Below are positions 25,928 to 39,579 of a stretch of 64,000 nucleotides of DNA, in pieces. The notes below the pieces were generated by a model. The model ran no database searches. It had not been told where the DNA came from and saw only the letters and a list, made by a program, of their open reading frames with translations. The DNA comes from Basidiobolus meristosporus CBS 931.73. Its lineage: Eukaryota; Fungi; Basidiobolomycota. The stretch's first letter is position 1, and every line of letters starts with the position of its first letter. Both the position numbers and the translations under genes were made by a program. The stretch covers positions 141,624 through 205,623 of the forward strand of contig MCFE01000035.1 of the NCBI GenBank assembly GCA_002104905.1. The letters run 5' to 3'.

Positions 25928-27585
25928 TCAGGGTTGCTTCTTGGGATGCTTGATGCTAAGGCACCAGATGTCGAAGTACTCGCACACCTCATGAATCACT
26001 GAAATAGCAAAATGGGCGTAGATGACGATGGAATAGACCAAGGCCAGAAGGACATAGTGGTACTCGTACTCCATTGGGAAAAGGGAGTTCCTAGGTGAGG
26101 GAAATTGAATGCCTGGGGTGTAGGCTACCTAGGGGTTCGAGGAGACTTACCAGTTGAAATACGCGGGAAGTGAAGCGTTCAGCGAACCCAAGATTAGCGG
26201 AAGGTACACTCGATGGAAGAATGGGAACGGGGCTTTGGTAACGTGGGCAAGAATGATGCGGCCAACCATATATCCGAAAGAGCATCCGCAATACACCATG
26301 AATATGGTCAAGTGGCTGGTCACAATCGTTGGTGAAGCCAGCAACCAATTGTACACCAGTGCGACAGTTCCAATAAACGGCAGAAGTCCCATCAGCGCCA
26401 CCGCTGGTGACTTGTTGTTCTTTCTTGCCGATCCGACAACATTGATGATACTAAAAGCAAGATTAGAATCCAGCGAGCCGATGCGATTGGTGTCGTGGCA
26501 CTAACCTATTGACGACGTTGCTGCCAAGTATGATCATCGAGAGTACGTTGAGGAATACGTTGGTAGGGTAATCAGGGATCCAAGTCAACGCGTCAGGTGC
26601 CAGCCCAAGAACCTGGCGCAAGGGCAATCTCCAAAAGGCTGAGCCGCCTTCTATGTGTAATGTAATGCTATCTTAGAACTGCTCAATTCCGTAGGGAACC
26701 GACTGCCCCATCACTTACCTAGCAGCCCGGTTAAAATGAATAAGCTGACAAGCATTACGATTCCCTCCACTGGACCGCTGAAGTAGCCGAGATAAAGAGT
26801 TCCGGTATGGTACTCCTCCCAAGTCGAAAGGTAGAAGTTGCTAGTTGCTATGAAATCGTCAGCCGCTATTGGATCTACATTCAGATTGGATATCGGCTAC
26901 TTACTGGAAAGAAGTGTTACCGCCGTCATCCAGGATTGACCTATTCCCAACACAGATGCGGAAACAATGGTCCCTAACTATGGAGCATGGTGAGCAGATC
27001 TAACAGTATCTCCTCTTGAACTAGGAACTTACTGCAGTGTTTAATGCGTCACAGCCTACGTTGAGAACAGTCAATAAATTTTTCAATGACCAAGAGTATG
27101 GAGCCTACTACCGTGGTCGAACATTTCGCCCAGAGGTCCGGAAGTCCCGGTGCGTCGGGCCTGTTTACCATCAATAGCGTCAAGAGACGCGTAAACCCAG
27201 AGACCGATAGCGTAGCTAGAAAGTGTGTGAGAACGCCGCGCGTTGAACAAGTGCTGTGAGTGGAAAGTACATACGTGAAATACACCCAATTCGGAACCGG
27301 CTGACTCAAAGTCGGATCCAAAATCATGACAGTAAGGAAATTCACGATAACACACGAGAAGCCGAGGAGTGTTATGAGGTTGGGCCTAAATACAAAAATA
27401 CACGTTGGAACTAGCACTACACGTAGAAGAGAAACAGCGAAACCCTACGCCATCCACATTGGGAAAAACTCCACCAGTCTTGTCCAGTATGCTTGCAGCA
27501 CATACTTGGATAGAAGAGATTTGTCAACACCACTGTATCGGTAATTCGACAAGTTCTTGAGGTACTGTTTCTGTATGTACGGCAT
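25928..27585 (-). CDS. EPT1: Choline/ethanolamine phosphotransferase (CDP-alcohol phosphatidyltransferase); multi-exon
   Basis: Start [28 protein letters not shown]...MWMA|PNLITLLG. Signature [24 protein letters not shown]. End [16 protein letters not shown]1 and CPT1 cannot be distinguished. Confidence 0.92.
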
Positions 27586-28039
27586 TCTGAGCGAGCTTCA
27601 AGGTGTAGTTGCTCCTTCGACAACTTGCACAAAGCTTTCCCGGAATGAGCTAAAATTGGAATGTGGATTGGATTTTTTTGTCTGTGTACATATTCGAACC
27701 AATGACTCGCATGGGGGTATTGATCATATTCCCGGCTCCAATGAACTATCATATGATCGCACATTGACCAATGAGTACGAATGAAATAGAGTTCAAAACC
27801 GCTACCACAGTTGGCTAGATATCATCGCACAAAGGGGAATGGCGTCGCAGGTTTCTGCATACGCAAACAACCAAGTCCTTGGGTACCCTCCGAAGGCTGG
27901 CTTTGTTTTTTCTCAAGTTTGGAAGTACGCGGGTTACACGTGGTAAATAAACTGTTGGACTTATTGAAAAGACCCGACCTCGAGTATGGGCGGTTCGTTT
28001 AGGTATTTTCTTCCTGCGACATAGCCAGGATTGTTGGAC

Positions 28040-30464
28040 ATGCGGCACTCACCACCAATCACCGCTTTTTTCTTGGCGTACTTTTCGACGACGTTGGGCT
28101 GGGATCTGGTAAGGCAAAATCATCAGGAGCACCATTATTATGCTATACATTCCACCGCTCCGGTAGAAGTGGCTCAGCTGTTGGCCCTGGTGCACCACGG
28201 TCAAATCGGAGAGCTGGAGAACTACCACCTTTTCTCCTGTCCAAAAATGGGGGAGCACGAGGATCCAGTCGGTCAGCAGGTCGAACAGTTGCAAAAGCTT
28301 CGGTCTGAGGGCCAGCTGGAAAAGCGTTCTTTGTCTGCTTTGTCAAGCATATCTTCACTGGAGAAACAAATACCTCGACTTCGAAGCAAGCGAGGCTTAA
28401 TTCCTCCTCCTCCTCACAGCGCAGCTATTTTTCGCAATAGAACTGCACCCAACAATTCGTATTTGGAAGATCCCATGTTCCAAAAACAATGGTTCTTGGT
28501 ATGTATTTGATGTTGCATAGTGGCTAGAAGCCAGCTAATGTCCCGTTGTTTGCCATAGCATAACAGTGCCAAGAACGATATCAATGTGACTGGTGTATGG
28601 GAGCAAGGTATCACGGGTAAGGGAGTGGTGGTGGCAATACTGGATGATGGACTGGACATGTACAATAAGGATCTCGCGAGCAATTACGTTAGTGTTTCTT
28701 CAGAAAGTCCGCTGACTCGAACATATACTGATGGTTGCGGATTAGTTTGCTGAGGGCTCGTTTGACTTCAACGACCATGTCAGTCAACCAAAGCCTCGCC
28801 TGTCGGACGACTACCACGGCACCCGTTGCGCCGGGGAGATAGCCGCGGCGAAAAACGACTTTTGCGGGATCGGGGTAGCGTATGAAGCGAAAGTGGCCGG
28901 TAATCCAGAGCATGCCAGTGAGGTGGGATTCGTAGTTGCTGATGGTTGATATTAGGATTGCGGATATTGTCAGGGAAGATCACTGACACTGATGAAGCGC
29001 TGGCCATCAATTATCAATACCAGAAGAACCAAGTATATTCTTGCAGTTGGGGGCCTCCCGACGATGGCAAATCGATGGATGGCCCCAAGGGGTTGATCTT
29101 GTACGCTCTCATGAATGGGATCCAAAAAGGACGAGGTGGGAAAGGAAGCATCTTCATTTTCGCATCCGGGAACGGCGGGTCCCACGATGACAACTGCAAT
29201 TTCGACGGATATACCAACAGCATCTACACCGTGACCATTGGGGCTATCGATCATACCAACTCCCATCCATACTATTCCGAAAGCTGTGCTGCACAGCTGG
29301 CGGTGTCCTATAGTAGCGGGCAAGGTAACTCCATAGTACGTATTTTCAGTATCGGATCAGTAGTACATCTCAGCTAGAACTCAGCCCTCCCCTACTTCTA
29401 CAGTACACCACCGATGTTGGCCCTGCGAGTTGCTCCAACTTGCATGGAGGGACATCGGCTGCCGCCCCCTTGGCCGCAGGAATCATTGCTCTCGTGCTTT
29501 CCATTCGGTAAGTAGGGCAAGCACGGAACGAGGAGATGGCCCGTACTCACTTCTCCTGTTTTCATAGCCCGGATTTGCATTGGCGAGATATCCAGCATCT
29601 TTGCGTCCAGACTGCAGTTCCTGTATCGCTGAAAGATGACGACTGGAAACCGACCACGGCTGGCCGACTATTCAATCACAAGTTTGGTTATGGAAAGCTT
29701 GATGCCTACCGAATGGTGGCAGCAGCAAAAACATTCCAATCGTTGGGCTCCCAAATTCGCCTGGAAACCCCTATTCAGGTGGTCAGAAAGAAGATCCCTC
29801 AGGACGAGCATGGCGTCAACAGTACAATCGAGATCACCGAGACAGAGACTGACTCTCTCCAACTTCGTGTACTAGAACACATCACTATTCGTGTGAACAT
29901 CAATCACTCCAGACGAGGCGATCTGGAGGTGTATCTCATTTCCCCAAACCAGGTTGTCTCACAACTAGCCGCCCGCCGTAGACTCGATGAGAACAAAACT
30001 GGGATAATCAACTGGACGTTCATGTCAGTCAAGCATTGGTAAGCTATGATATGCTACTCAGCATCCAGGTCCATCCATTGACATTGCCACACAGGGACGA
30101 GTCGCCAATAGGGAATTGGACACTCCAAGTGATTGACCGGGTGAACCCCAATGCGGGTGGGGATTTTCTCGATTGGGCCATCATCATGTTTGGGGTCGAA
30201 TCGAATCCAAATCTCAAGAATCGGGTAGCAATTGCCAAGGATCTTACAGCGGGGGTCACAGTGGTATCCCCTACGGACGTTAGCCGGTCCTTGGCACTGA
30301 ACATTTTCGCAGTGCTTGGCGTTGTGGGAATCGCATGCTTGATTGTAAAAAGATCCCAAGAGAGAGGTTGGTACAGAGAAGTCACGCCTGAATGTACCAC
30401 GGACGAGGCTCAATCAACCAACGAGAGTACAAATCGATTGTTAGAAAGTAGTCCATCCGGCTGA
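28040..30464 (+). CDS. KEX2: Kexin-type proprotein convertase; multi-exon
   Basis: Signal peptide and propeptide ending in KR. Catalytic [26 protein letters not shown] and [14 protein letters not shown]-domain ([18 protein letters not shown]) and a C-terminal TM helix. Confidence 0.95.
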
Positions 30465-30709
30465 GAGAGTACGGCACTCTACCCGTATCTTCGTAATTTC
30501 CGAAAGAATCAACCGCACCTACCAGCATGATGGAGCCGTGACAAGCATCATCAGACGTGGGAGAAGTGGGTTTCAATTGGAGCCGCTGTGCACGGAGGAA
30601 TTGAGCTTTAATGGCAATTCTTCACATTATGTAACATACTTGACTCATTATGTCCAATCGTATATTATACTAGAAACAATTAAATGTACAGTCATTTGAT
30701 ACAAAGAAA

Positions 30710-31721
30710 TCAGCCCTGTGCTAAGGGGGATGTTAGTTTCACCTGAGACTGGGAGTCGTCCACTTCAGTAACTTTATTTTCATCGTCAGCATCGATGAAT
30801 CCAAGCTCAATTGATTGCTTGTCTGGATCCTCCATGTTGACCACGAAAGTCCTTAGTGGTTTGGCGTTGCGCGAAGTGTGGTCATCTGAGGAGCCTCCGC
30901 TACAGCTAAAAGCATTCGGCCTCAACCTGGACGTGAGCCCTTCGTACAACAACTTCGAATAGATACTCCCTGGGAGGGCCTGAAGGTGAGCGATCACGAC
31001 CACGATACATATCTACCGATTACTTACAGAATAGCGTCATGGACATAACTGCGAAATATCCCTGCCAGAGGCTGTTTCCTAGCACGCTGGTCAAGCCGAG
31101 GAATTGCAAGAGCGAGGCGATGGCAAAGTACGCCACTCCGTCTCTCTGTAGCGCTTCCTTGATGCGTAATTTGAAATCCCGGGATCTTCTCAGGCTGGAT
31201 AGGGCGAAGTAGAATAAACAGAGGGCCAAAAGACCCATGTCCACCAGCCCCGTGGCCTGTATGTTGATTTGAGGTAAGCTTAATTGGCATAGTGGCTCGC
31301 TGTGAATGTCCAATGCTATCAACGTGGGCGCCATCAAAGAGATCTTGACCAAGCTAAAGACGCCTCCGATAAGAATGATCACTTTGGACTTGCCGTATAG
31401 TGCGTACGCCTTTAGAACCAGTAGCCACCCTACAGAGGCTGAGGAAAGGTAGTAGAATACGATGTTTAGATACGTGCCCAGTACACAGTCCTGATCAAGC
31501 ATTAGTGAGTGCAGCACATTGCTCAGGGTAGCAATAAACCCCAGGGCGGACTGAAACAAACAGACCATATGACTGAAGCTTCGTTTCTGCCGTACCAGTA
31601 GTAGAGAATTGTAGGAGGTACTCCAAAAAACAATCAGCGAAATGGAATTCACCACCAGGTGAACATTTGTCTGATAGAACAGCTCACGCTCCGCCGTGTA
31701 CTCATGCGAGGGATCGGCCAT
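30710..31721 (-). CDS. Multi-pass (about 6-7 TM) membrane protein, GPCR-like topology, family unassigned; one intron near 30980-31027
   Basis: ORFs 31020..31721 and 30710..31003 are joined by GTAAGT...CAG; regularly spaced hydrophobic segments and a polar C-tail. Confidence 0.6.
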
Positions 31722-32448
31722 GGTTTCGTAGTCAATAGCTATCTGTTGGGTAAATGCTCTCCTTTCAGAGGTTTCTTGGGCTGAGGTTTACACGGAAGGA
31801 ATATTGTGGTGGTGTATAGTTGCCAAGACTGCTCGGCTTGGGCGCTTTTAAATCAATTGCTCTGTGGTACTAGTATATATGGATTGATGAAATGGGAAGG
31901 GGATATGGGATGATGCGGGCGGGGGGTGAGCCTACTTCCGCCCGCTTTGGTCGAAAATCCAACCACCCAATATATGTGGAGTAGGGAGCATTGGACTGTT
32001 TGTGTGCAAATCAAGCATATGATGGATCACTCTCCCTTAAAAGCGCTGCCCATTTAGTAACATGCAAATCACGATTTCCAGAAATAGCTGGTTCATATTG
32101 AATCGCCTATCAATATCAAGATGCCTTCATGTAGAGTGGTCATTGCCTTACTTCATCCCTAACCAGTCCAACCGGTTCTTGTGCCATATAGTTTGGTTCC
32201 TAGAGTCTGAGCTATTTTATTTGTTTGCATTATCAACAATCCATGGTAGCGCCTACTCAACGGCACTATGCAAGAAAATAGACCAGCAGAAAGTGCTCAA
32301 ATGGTTAAGCAAACAGACCAGCTTATGGATGCTTAGATACTTACCCGAAGGAGCCGAGAGGTACAAGTAATCTATAGTTGGGTTGAGGCTGTACATTCAA
32401 ATCAATGTCTGTATAAGTGATGGTGCAAATCGATTGGTACTACATTGT

Positions 32449-34535
32449 CTACACTGCAGCAACCGTTTCTCGAGCTTGTGTAAAGAATAGCCGGGTTTCC
32501 TTGGAACTGACATTCTCGAGTTGGTATTGATTGCCTATGAAAATAAGCTCAATTAGGTTTCACCATATTACACTGGGATTCAATCGTTCTCTGACTAACC
32601 TCTAGGCACGTGGAACTGGCCTCCTGCGGATATTACGAATCTAGTAGTATGAACGGTCACTCTGCAGGCGCCGGATATCACAAAAAATACCTGATACAAT
32701 GGGTGAGCTTATGCTTCGAATGGATCTAACTCTCCTCCAACACTTACCATGGCACTGTCGCCGGAATTCCTCTTGGGCTTCATTCCATTGCATTGTAGCT
32801 TAATGATACCTGAGGACATGAAGTCTTGCTCGCCAAATGTCTTTTCGAACTCGAATGTTTGATTCTTTACGGGCTTGGTGACGATCATATCCTTTGTTAA
32901 GCCGACAACTAAATTGACCAACTTAGAGAAGGGCCTTTACACCGTCTGATGCTAGTAAAATTACCTTGATTGACCACTTCCTGCGTGTACCAGTCGACAA
33001 TGGGGATTTCGTCGATGGGCTCGTCATTGTACTCATCTTCTTCACTTTCCTCGGCGACTATCACCCGCTTGACATTTTTCTTTTTATTGGACCTCTTGGA
33101 CAGTGCCCGGTGCTCCACGGGAATTGTCACGACCTCCTTGACTACAGAAACGACATTGGGCCCTTTGCAAAGAATCAACACAAACATTCGTGTTTGCTCT
33201 ACAGCGTATGCAACCCTACCTGACTTTCGACGACCGTATACAACTCTCTCGTTTCGCCAGAAATCCAATGGCTTGACTTTGGTTCTTCCACTTCTTCTGA
33301 CACCTAGATTGATGTTTAATGAGCCGGCTGTTCTTGGGAAGAAGATGGAACGTACTCACCGATATCGTCTTCTTCGCTTAACGGGGCTCGACTCGAGGGT
33401 TTTGTTCTGACTACTGCTTTCTTTGTAGCAGGCTTGGGGGCGGCTCTGGCTTTTGGCACTATGTTGGCAGTAGGTTAGAATAATGCTTGAGAGATTCGCT
33501 GCTTAGACAGCCGATCCAGTACCTTGCCTGACGCCAGCTGACTTCGGCGGAGAAAGTCGTCTGTGTGGCTGGGACATCTCAGAGTCACTCTCGTGCATAT
33601 CCGGAACATCTTCATCAGATTCTTGGGAGATCTCGATTACTTGATGAGAGCTAGTGGCGAGGTTGGAATTGTCGAAATCATCATCAAGGTCGAGATCTTC
33701 GTCGAACCTAGGACTCTGCTTCAATACAGAAAGGGATTCATCAGGTCCGGAGAGTACAGAGCTTTCCATTGATTGACTCAGACGACTTGGTGTGTCGAAA
33801 TCGTGGCTGGCAAACACTTGAGATAGAGGCTTGTCGTGATACGAATTGGGCGTGCTGGTGACCACCGAACGATATAAGGATGCGGATTTCTTGTTCGCAG
33901 TAATATCAGGCGATTCCATACTATCCTCGAAAATGTGGTGGGGTCTCTTTACGGAGTTGGCACTGCGATTGGCTGGCCTGGGACTTGGAGATTCATGTGG
34001 ATGTTGCTTGACAAAAGATACTGGGCATACCGAGAGGAGGTTAATGTACTACCAGCGTGAAGATCATTCCATTCGAGATATATACCTGACGATTGTTCAG
34101 AATACGCAACTCCGCTCTCTTGGGGGTAGAAAAGTCGAAACAATAATTGTTAGAACTGTGCTCAACACATGTCCACGAAATAGCCACAAACCAGCTGATA
34201 ACTCCATGTCACCGGAATCCCCGAAGGTCGAGTCCAGGTCAGCTTGTTCCTCATGGGTAGTTCGACTCTGCGCGTGCACCCTTGGAATCACTCGCTCCTC
34301 CGCCTCCTCTTCCGAACTTTCAAAGAAGTCGTCAATATTGTCCAGGCCATCTTCGTCTTGCAGGATGTTCTTTCGAATAAGAACACCGGTCTTCCTGTCA
34401 CCGAAAAAAGAAGTTCAGTCGGCAGCTCTACGTAATTTTGGAGCAAACCAAATCTGCTTACCTTCCTCGTACACCGATGTCGGTGAAATGGTTTTCGCGC
34501 TTCTGGCGCTTCTCTCTCGGCTTGACAGAGTTCAT
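32449..34535 (-). CDS. MIF2: Inner kinetochore protein CENP-C (Mif2/Cnp3); multi-exon
   Basis: N-terminal ENHFTDIGVRGR|KTG. CENP-C motif RRSGRTKVKPLDFWRNERVVY. C-terminal cupin FEKTFGEQDFMSSGII...VFFVISG...GGQFHVPR|GNQYQLEN...LFFTQ. Confidence 0.92.
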
Positions 34536-34913
34536 ATTGGGTTAGCTGTAGGTGCACTTAGTCGAGGATGGTTCACTTTGGTGTTGGAAGCTGTATTTGC
34601 CGCAAGGATAAGCTCGAGCAAGAGTGTCAGTATGTTAGGTCTTAACTCGAAGTAATGGAGTTTATCAATGGAATTCATTTCAACGTAAATAAATCATTCC
34701 ATTGGTGAGATGGAAACAATAATATTGACATCGAGTGAGGCCTGATTATTTGATCTATATCGCCAGCATGATGGATAAATAATTGGCATACTTTTATTAC
34801 TAATACAGGTAACATTTATACAAAGATTGGCTTGCAACTTAACCAACAAATCACAAGTGCATTCTATAACTTGGATTCTGTTGCCGGGGTATTTCGGTGA
34901 CTTCCTTGCTGAA

Positions 34914-37403
34914 TCAAGCATCTCTAGCTAGTTGGAATAGGGCTGACTTGCGCTTGTTTCTACCTTTTGATTTCTGGCCTGCCAGTCGAACATTGAATTG
35001 AGGTGTTTTGGCAACCGATTTCTCGGTATCACTATCACTATCGTCAGAGCTACTGCTGTCACTGTCATCTGCTTGCTCTTCCTCCGAGGAGGAAGATGAG
35101 GCATCCATAGGTTCTGTGCGATGCTTAGAAATAGAAGGGGCCACACCACCAGCAATAGCTGAAGTTTTCGCCGCCAAATTGCTTAGCTTCGCTGATGCGG
35201 CAATTTGCCGAAGGGAGGAGAACGCGGGGTTTTGATAAGGAGTATACATCTGTGACGCTTTTGAGATGCTCGTGTTCGGAGTTGCCACACTGGCTGGTGT
35301 TTTCTTGGGAGCTGTGTCGTCATCAGAAGAGTCATCGCTGCTAGAGCTACCATCCGAACCACTATCAGAGCTGCTTGCAACCGGCTCTGGAGTCGGTTTC
35401 CCACTATTTGATTTAGCTGGAGTAAGCACCGAGTTCGTTGGGGTCTGTTTGATCGACTCTTTGCGAACCGGAGTGCTTTGAGCAATCACTGGCGACGCAG
35501 TACCACTATTCACCCTGGTTAACGCGGGTGATTTCTTGCTGGGCATAATAACCGGGGGAACGCGTGATTGTTGTGGCTCTCTGAGGTCTCCATCTTCATC
35601 CTCATCTTCATCAGCACCAAGCAATAAACGTCCCATCATACGACCAGCCTCAACGCCAATAGCATCTCTCATTTGGACCCCGTAGGTACTAGTATGCTTA
35701 TTATCCATATGTGGGTCAGAATGCACAGGAGTAGGAGTTTGAGGAAGCATAACTGGATTCACTACTTTCATTTGAACTTGCTCTGTAGCAGTGGTATCAG
35801 CTTTTGCTTGTGCCCCAGTCTTGTTGTTTTGCGTCTTGTCGGCAGATACAGTTTTCTTATTATTTACCTTGGTTGCTTGGGGTGAGGGTGGTGATCCAGC
35901 GCTTCCGGTTTCTTGACCTCCGGTAGCAGCAGCATTAACCACGGCTTTCTCATCAACCCTCGTCTCCGTAGCGGTGGGCACTTTGTTGACGGTAGGCTTC
36001 GGATTCACTTTTGGAGAGGCGACAGCTTCGGTTTTGGCTTTTTTCTGAAGGTTCGTGGGCTCCTTTTTTGAGTTAGGCGCCTCAGGTTTCGAGGTACCAT
36101 TACTCACAGGCTGATGTGACTGCTTTTTCCCAACTTCACCTTTGGCTGGCTGTGAAGCACCAAGTAGCTTCTCGTTTCCTTTGGATGCTTCAGTAACGTT
36201 GTTTCCTGTAGTCAATTTACGTTTGTTACTCTCAGTGGGTTTTTCATTCTGTCGGGATTCCTCAGCAGTCTTGGTACTGCCGCCCTCGACCACAGTGTCC
36301 TTTTGTCTCTGATTCGATTGTACTTGCTGTTTGGTAGTATTCGGTTTAGGCTCGTTGGCCTTCACAGCTGGAGAAACTTGTGGTGGAGTGTTCTTCGCAT
36401 TTTTACCTTTCGCTTGCGTCTCTACCTTTTGTGACGGTTGTACTGGTTGGGCTTTGTTGGTGGCAACACTTGCATTTTTCTTCTGCGTTTCCTGATTTGG
36501 TTGCTTCTTGGGTTGATCTACGATGGCAGAAGCACCACTCTTAGGTGCAGCTTTTGTTTGTGACTGCTTGTTATTTTGGGCTTCAGCCTTCTCGGTACTC
36601 TTCTTTGTTGTGGCTGGAGTGTTTTTCTGGGTTTGGGGTGTCACATTTCCAGGCTGATTCGATTTCTCCTTTGGCTCAACATTGTTCACAGCCTGCGGGC
36701 CATTGGAAATCTTTTTCGATATGGTATCATTTTGAGGGACTTTAGGAGAGTTTTCTACATCCATTGGGGTGGCCTCGGTATTTGCAGCATTCTGATTCTT
36801 CTTCTTGGCTTTCTTCTTCTTTGGTTGTGGTTCAGGTGTTTGCTTGGCCACAGTAGCATTATCGCCAACAGGACTATTTGGATTAGGATTCGAAACGGTT
36901 TGCTTGTCTGTATTATTGATCAGAGCTGCTTCGTTTTGGGACTGTTTTCTCTTCTTCTGCTGCTCAGCGCTTGGACTTGGTTTGTTCGAAACTGGGGCAA
37001 CATTGGGTCCATTCTTATTCATTGGGTTGTTAGCAAGGACTGCGTAGACAACATTGCTCTCATCAAATACTTCGGCGACGTGGAAATCATCATCAAGCTC
37101 GCACAAGGAAGAATCGCGAAGGCGGGCGACAGTGGTACAACTAAGTAAGGGTTGAAACGCAAGTTAGAATTATTGAAGATATCCCCTACACACCCGCGAT
37201 TGGCATTACCTGCTATTGGGGTACAATTTCGCGAACATATTTTCAATCTTGCGCCTTACACTCAAGAGGGAGGCGTTACCCTCAGTGAGTAGGAGAAACC
37301 GCTTGACAGGGTTAACCGACCAATCTTTGACCAGCCTCTCCTCCTCAACATTTACGATGTTAACCTGAAGCTTGAATCTCTTGGAAGCTTTGGCTGTAGA
37401 CAT
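34914..37403 (-). CDS. Net1/Tof2/Dnt1-like nucleolar protein (Cdc14-binding N-terminal domain plus long low-complexity tail)
   Basis: Spliced N-terminus RFLLLTEGNASLLSVRRKIENMFAKLYPNS|SCTTVARLRDSSLCELDDDFHVAEVFDESNVVYAV resembles the Net1 N-terminal 'FLH.T...KLYP...LQD...CDLD..F...DVF' pattern. The rest is K/N/Q/S-rich. Confidence 0.75.
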
Positions 37404-39579
37404 GTTCGTACTTCCTGAAGAAATATGGGGTAAAGGCCAGAGTTTTTGCACAGCCCAACTTTTTTATTGGAGTCTGCCTGAAGGAGTTATTTTTCTTTTT
37501 CAACTTTTATCCAAGTTCAATCACGCATTCCATCAGATCATCTAGGGATTTTTTCACTCCGTCATTGCGAGTATTAAGGCTAAGAAAATCACAATACCAG
37601 ATACCAAGTGTTCCCATTCCACGTTGGTGCGAATTAAACAGAATGGGATGGATTTATGTAGGATTGGCGGATTGCCGGCCGTAAAGGTGGGCTTCTATGA
37701 GGAGTTATCGTGGGACCCTCAGGCCTGACACAGTATATATGTACCATTGGGGTACACAATAAAGGTATAATGATTTTCTCCATTAAACGGATATCCATAT
37801 TCCTTGGATTGCCACGAAACATGAGAATCCAGGAACCCCCCAAAAGTAGTGCTGTTATTTTGACACTGCTTCCGGCTTCAACAACAAATGGCACTTGTGT
37901 ATTGTAGATAGATACAAATGGATCGGCTGTCCCTTTGACCTCGATCCTTGATATCATACACAGCCCTGTGAGCAACGCGTATTACACTGAAGGGGCTTCA
38001 CCCATTATGCTAACCTTGAGGTACGGCAGGCAACCATGCCCAACCATTCGTAGCGTTCCAGCGCCTTCTCCTTCCAATTCTCCACGTTTTCATTGTATAA
38101 TAGTTTGTCTAAGTCAGGGATCTCAACGCCCCCCAGCATGCTTTAAGAGAATGTTGAATAGACTGTCTTGGCTTCAGAGTAATTGCAAAACTTAAGCTCT
38201 GCGCATTCGCCAGCTGGACAAAAGATTGGCGATCACTACATGAGAGCACAGGATAAAATGCGTCTATTTAGAATACCAACAGGATTGAGTGCTTGAATGA
38301 GAAAAGCGTGGGTGCCTGCGAGAGAAATGCCCAAAGCGCCATTTGATTCTCTCGTAAAATTTGTGGCCAGGTAATATGTCAGCTTAGAGATCGACCGTTA
38401 CCACTAAACACATCATTCAGTATCAATCCAAGATAATTGCAAGACAACGCATCCTACTGTAACGATATCCCATGGATCCAAACTTGGTTAGGGTGCCGAT
38501 AAGCCCAAGTTGTTCGTAGGTGTCTTTACCTAGTGCATTATGCGTGAGGGCTGTACCAGAGCATAGGTAGGGAACACTCGATGAACCTCCAGAACTTACG
38601 GGAGAAACTTTTGACAGTTTTTATCGTTTCTAATATGGGAATGGAGAAGCTTGGGTTGAATAAAACAACTCAATCATAACTGTGCTTCGTAGAAAACTCA
38701 GTTTTCAGAATGTCTTGTAGTAGCCCTGAACTCGCAGGCACTACGTCAGGCGCAAAAATCGTCACTTAAAGAATGAAAAATCTTGTCGAGATTCCCGTAA
38801 TCGAAACTGCCATCCCAAACACTGGAGGAAGTCGAACGCCACGAAACCAACAAGAAAATTCAATTACCTCAAGATTGAATTGACGTTGCACAATAAAAGT
38901 GCTGCGACAAGATTTTGAAGAGTTGGAGTAAGTCAAGAGCAACTTTGATTTTGGTTATGGTACGGCAGGTAAACGACTCATGTTGGCCACTGGTTCAGTG
39001 TCGACCTGGTAAACGGAAAATATATTCGTACCTATGCACGATATCACATTGAATTTTTTTTGTTGACAATCAGTCGAATATATTGAAGATTCGGGTTAGC
39101 CTGTGACCATGTTTGAAATCAATGCATCTAGTGTGTATGCAAAGGCCAAGTGAATTTGTTGAATACGTAATAATGAATTTGTTTACCGCTCAAATGCGGC
39201 CCGTAATCAATGTCACCAATGTTGTTTAACTTCACGATGCTCTACGCACTATTCAAGACGTTGGACTAAACACTAACCGTATCCATCAACAATTAAGGAA
39301 TTAAAAGCTACAAAAATTGATCAAATTGATTTACGGAGTCTATATTCGGTCCAAGAGCCTTTCACTAAACCACCCTTTCTATTTAACTGCTGTATTTCGC
39401 GACTTTAGAGTAAGCGTGAATCCGAATAATCTGTGGCTCATTAAAGTTCTATTTAAAACAACACCAAAACATAGGTACTGTCTCGCTTACAAGACGATTC
39501 TTTGTTGACGAATCGTCAAACTTACATTACTGATTTTTGTCTAACACAGAGGTTATACTTGACGTCTACCCAACTTCTT

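Noticed and set aside
37500-39450. Short ORFs between the Net1-like and macoilin-like genes
   Set aside because: No domain signal or coherent exon chain; left unannotated.
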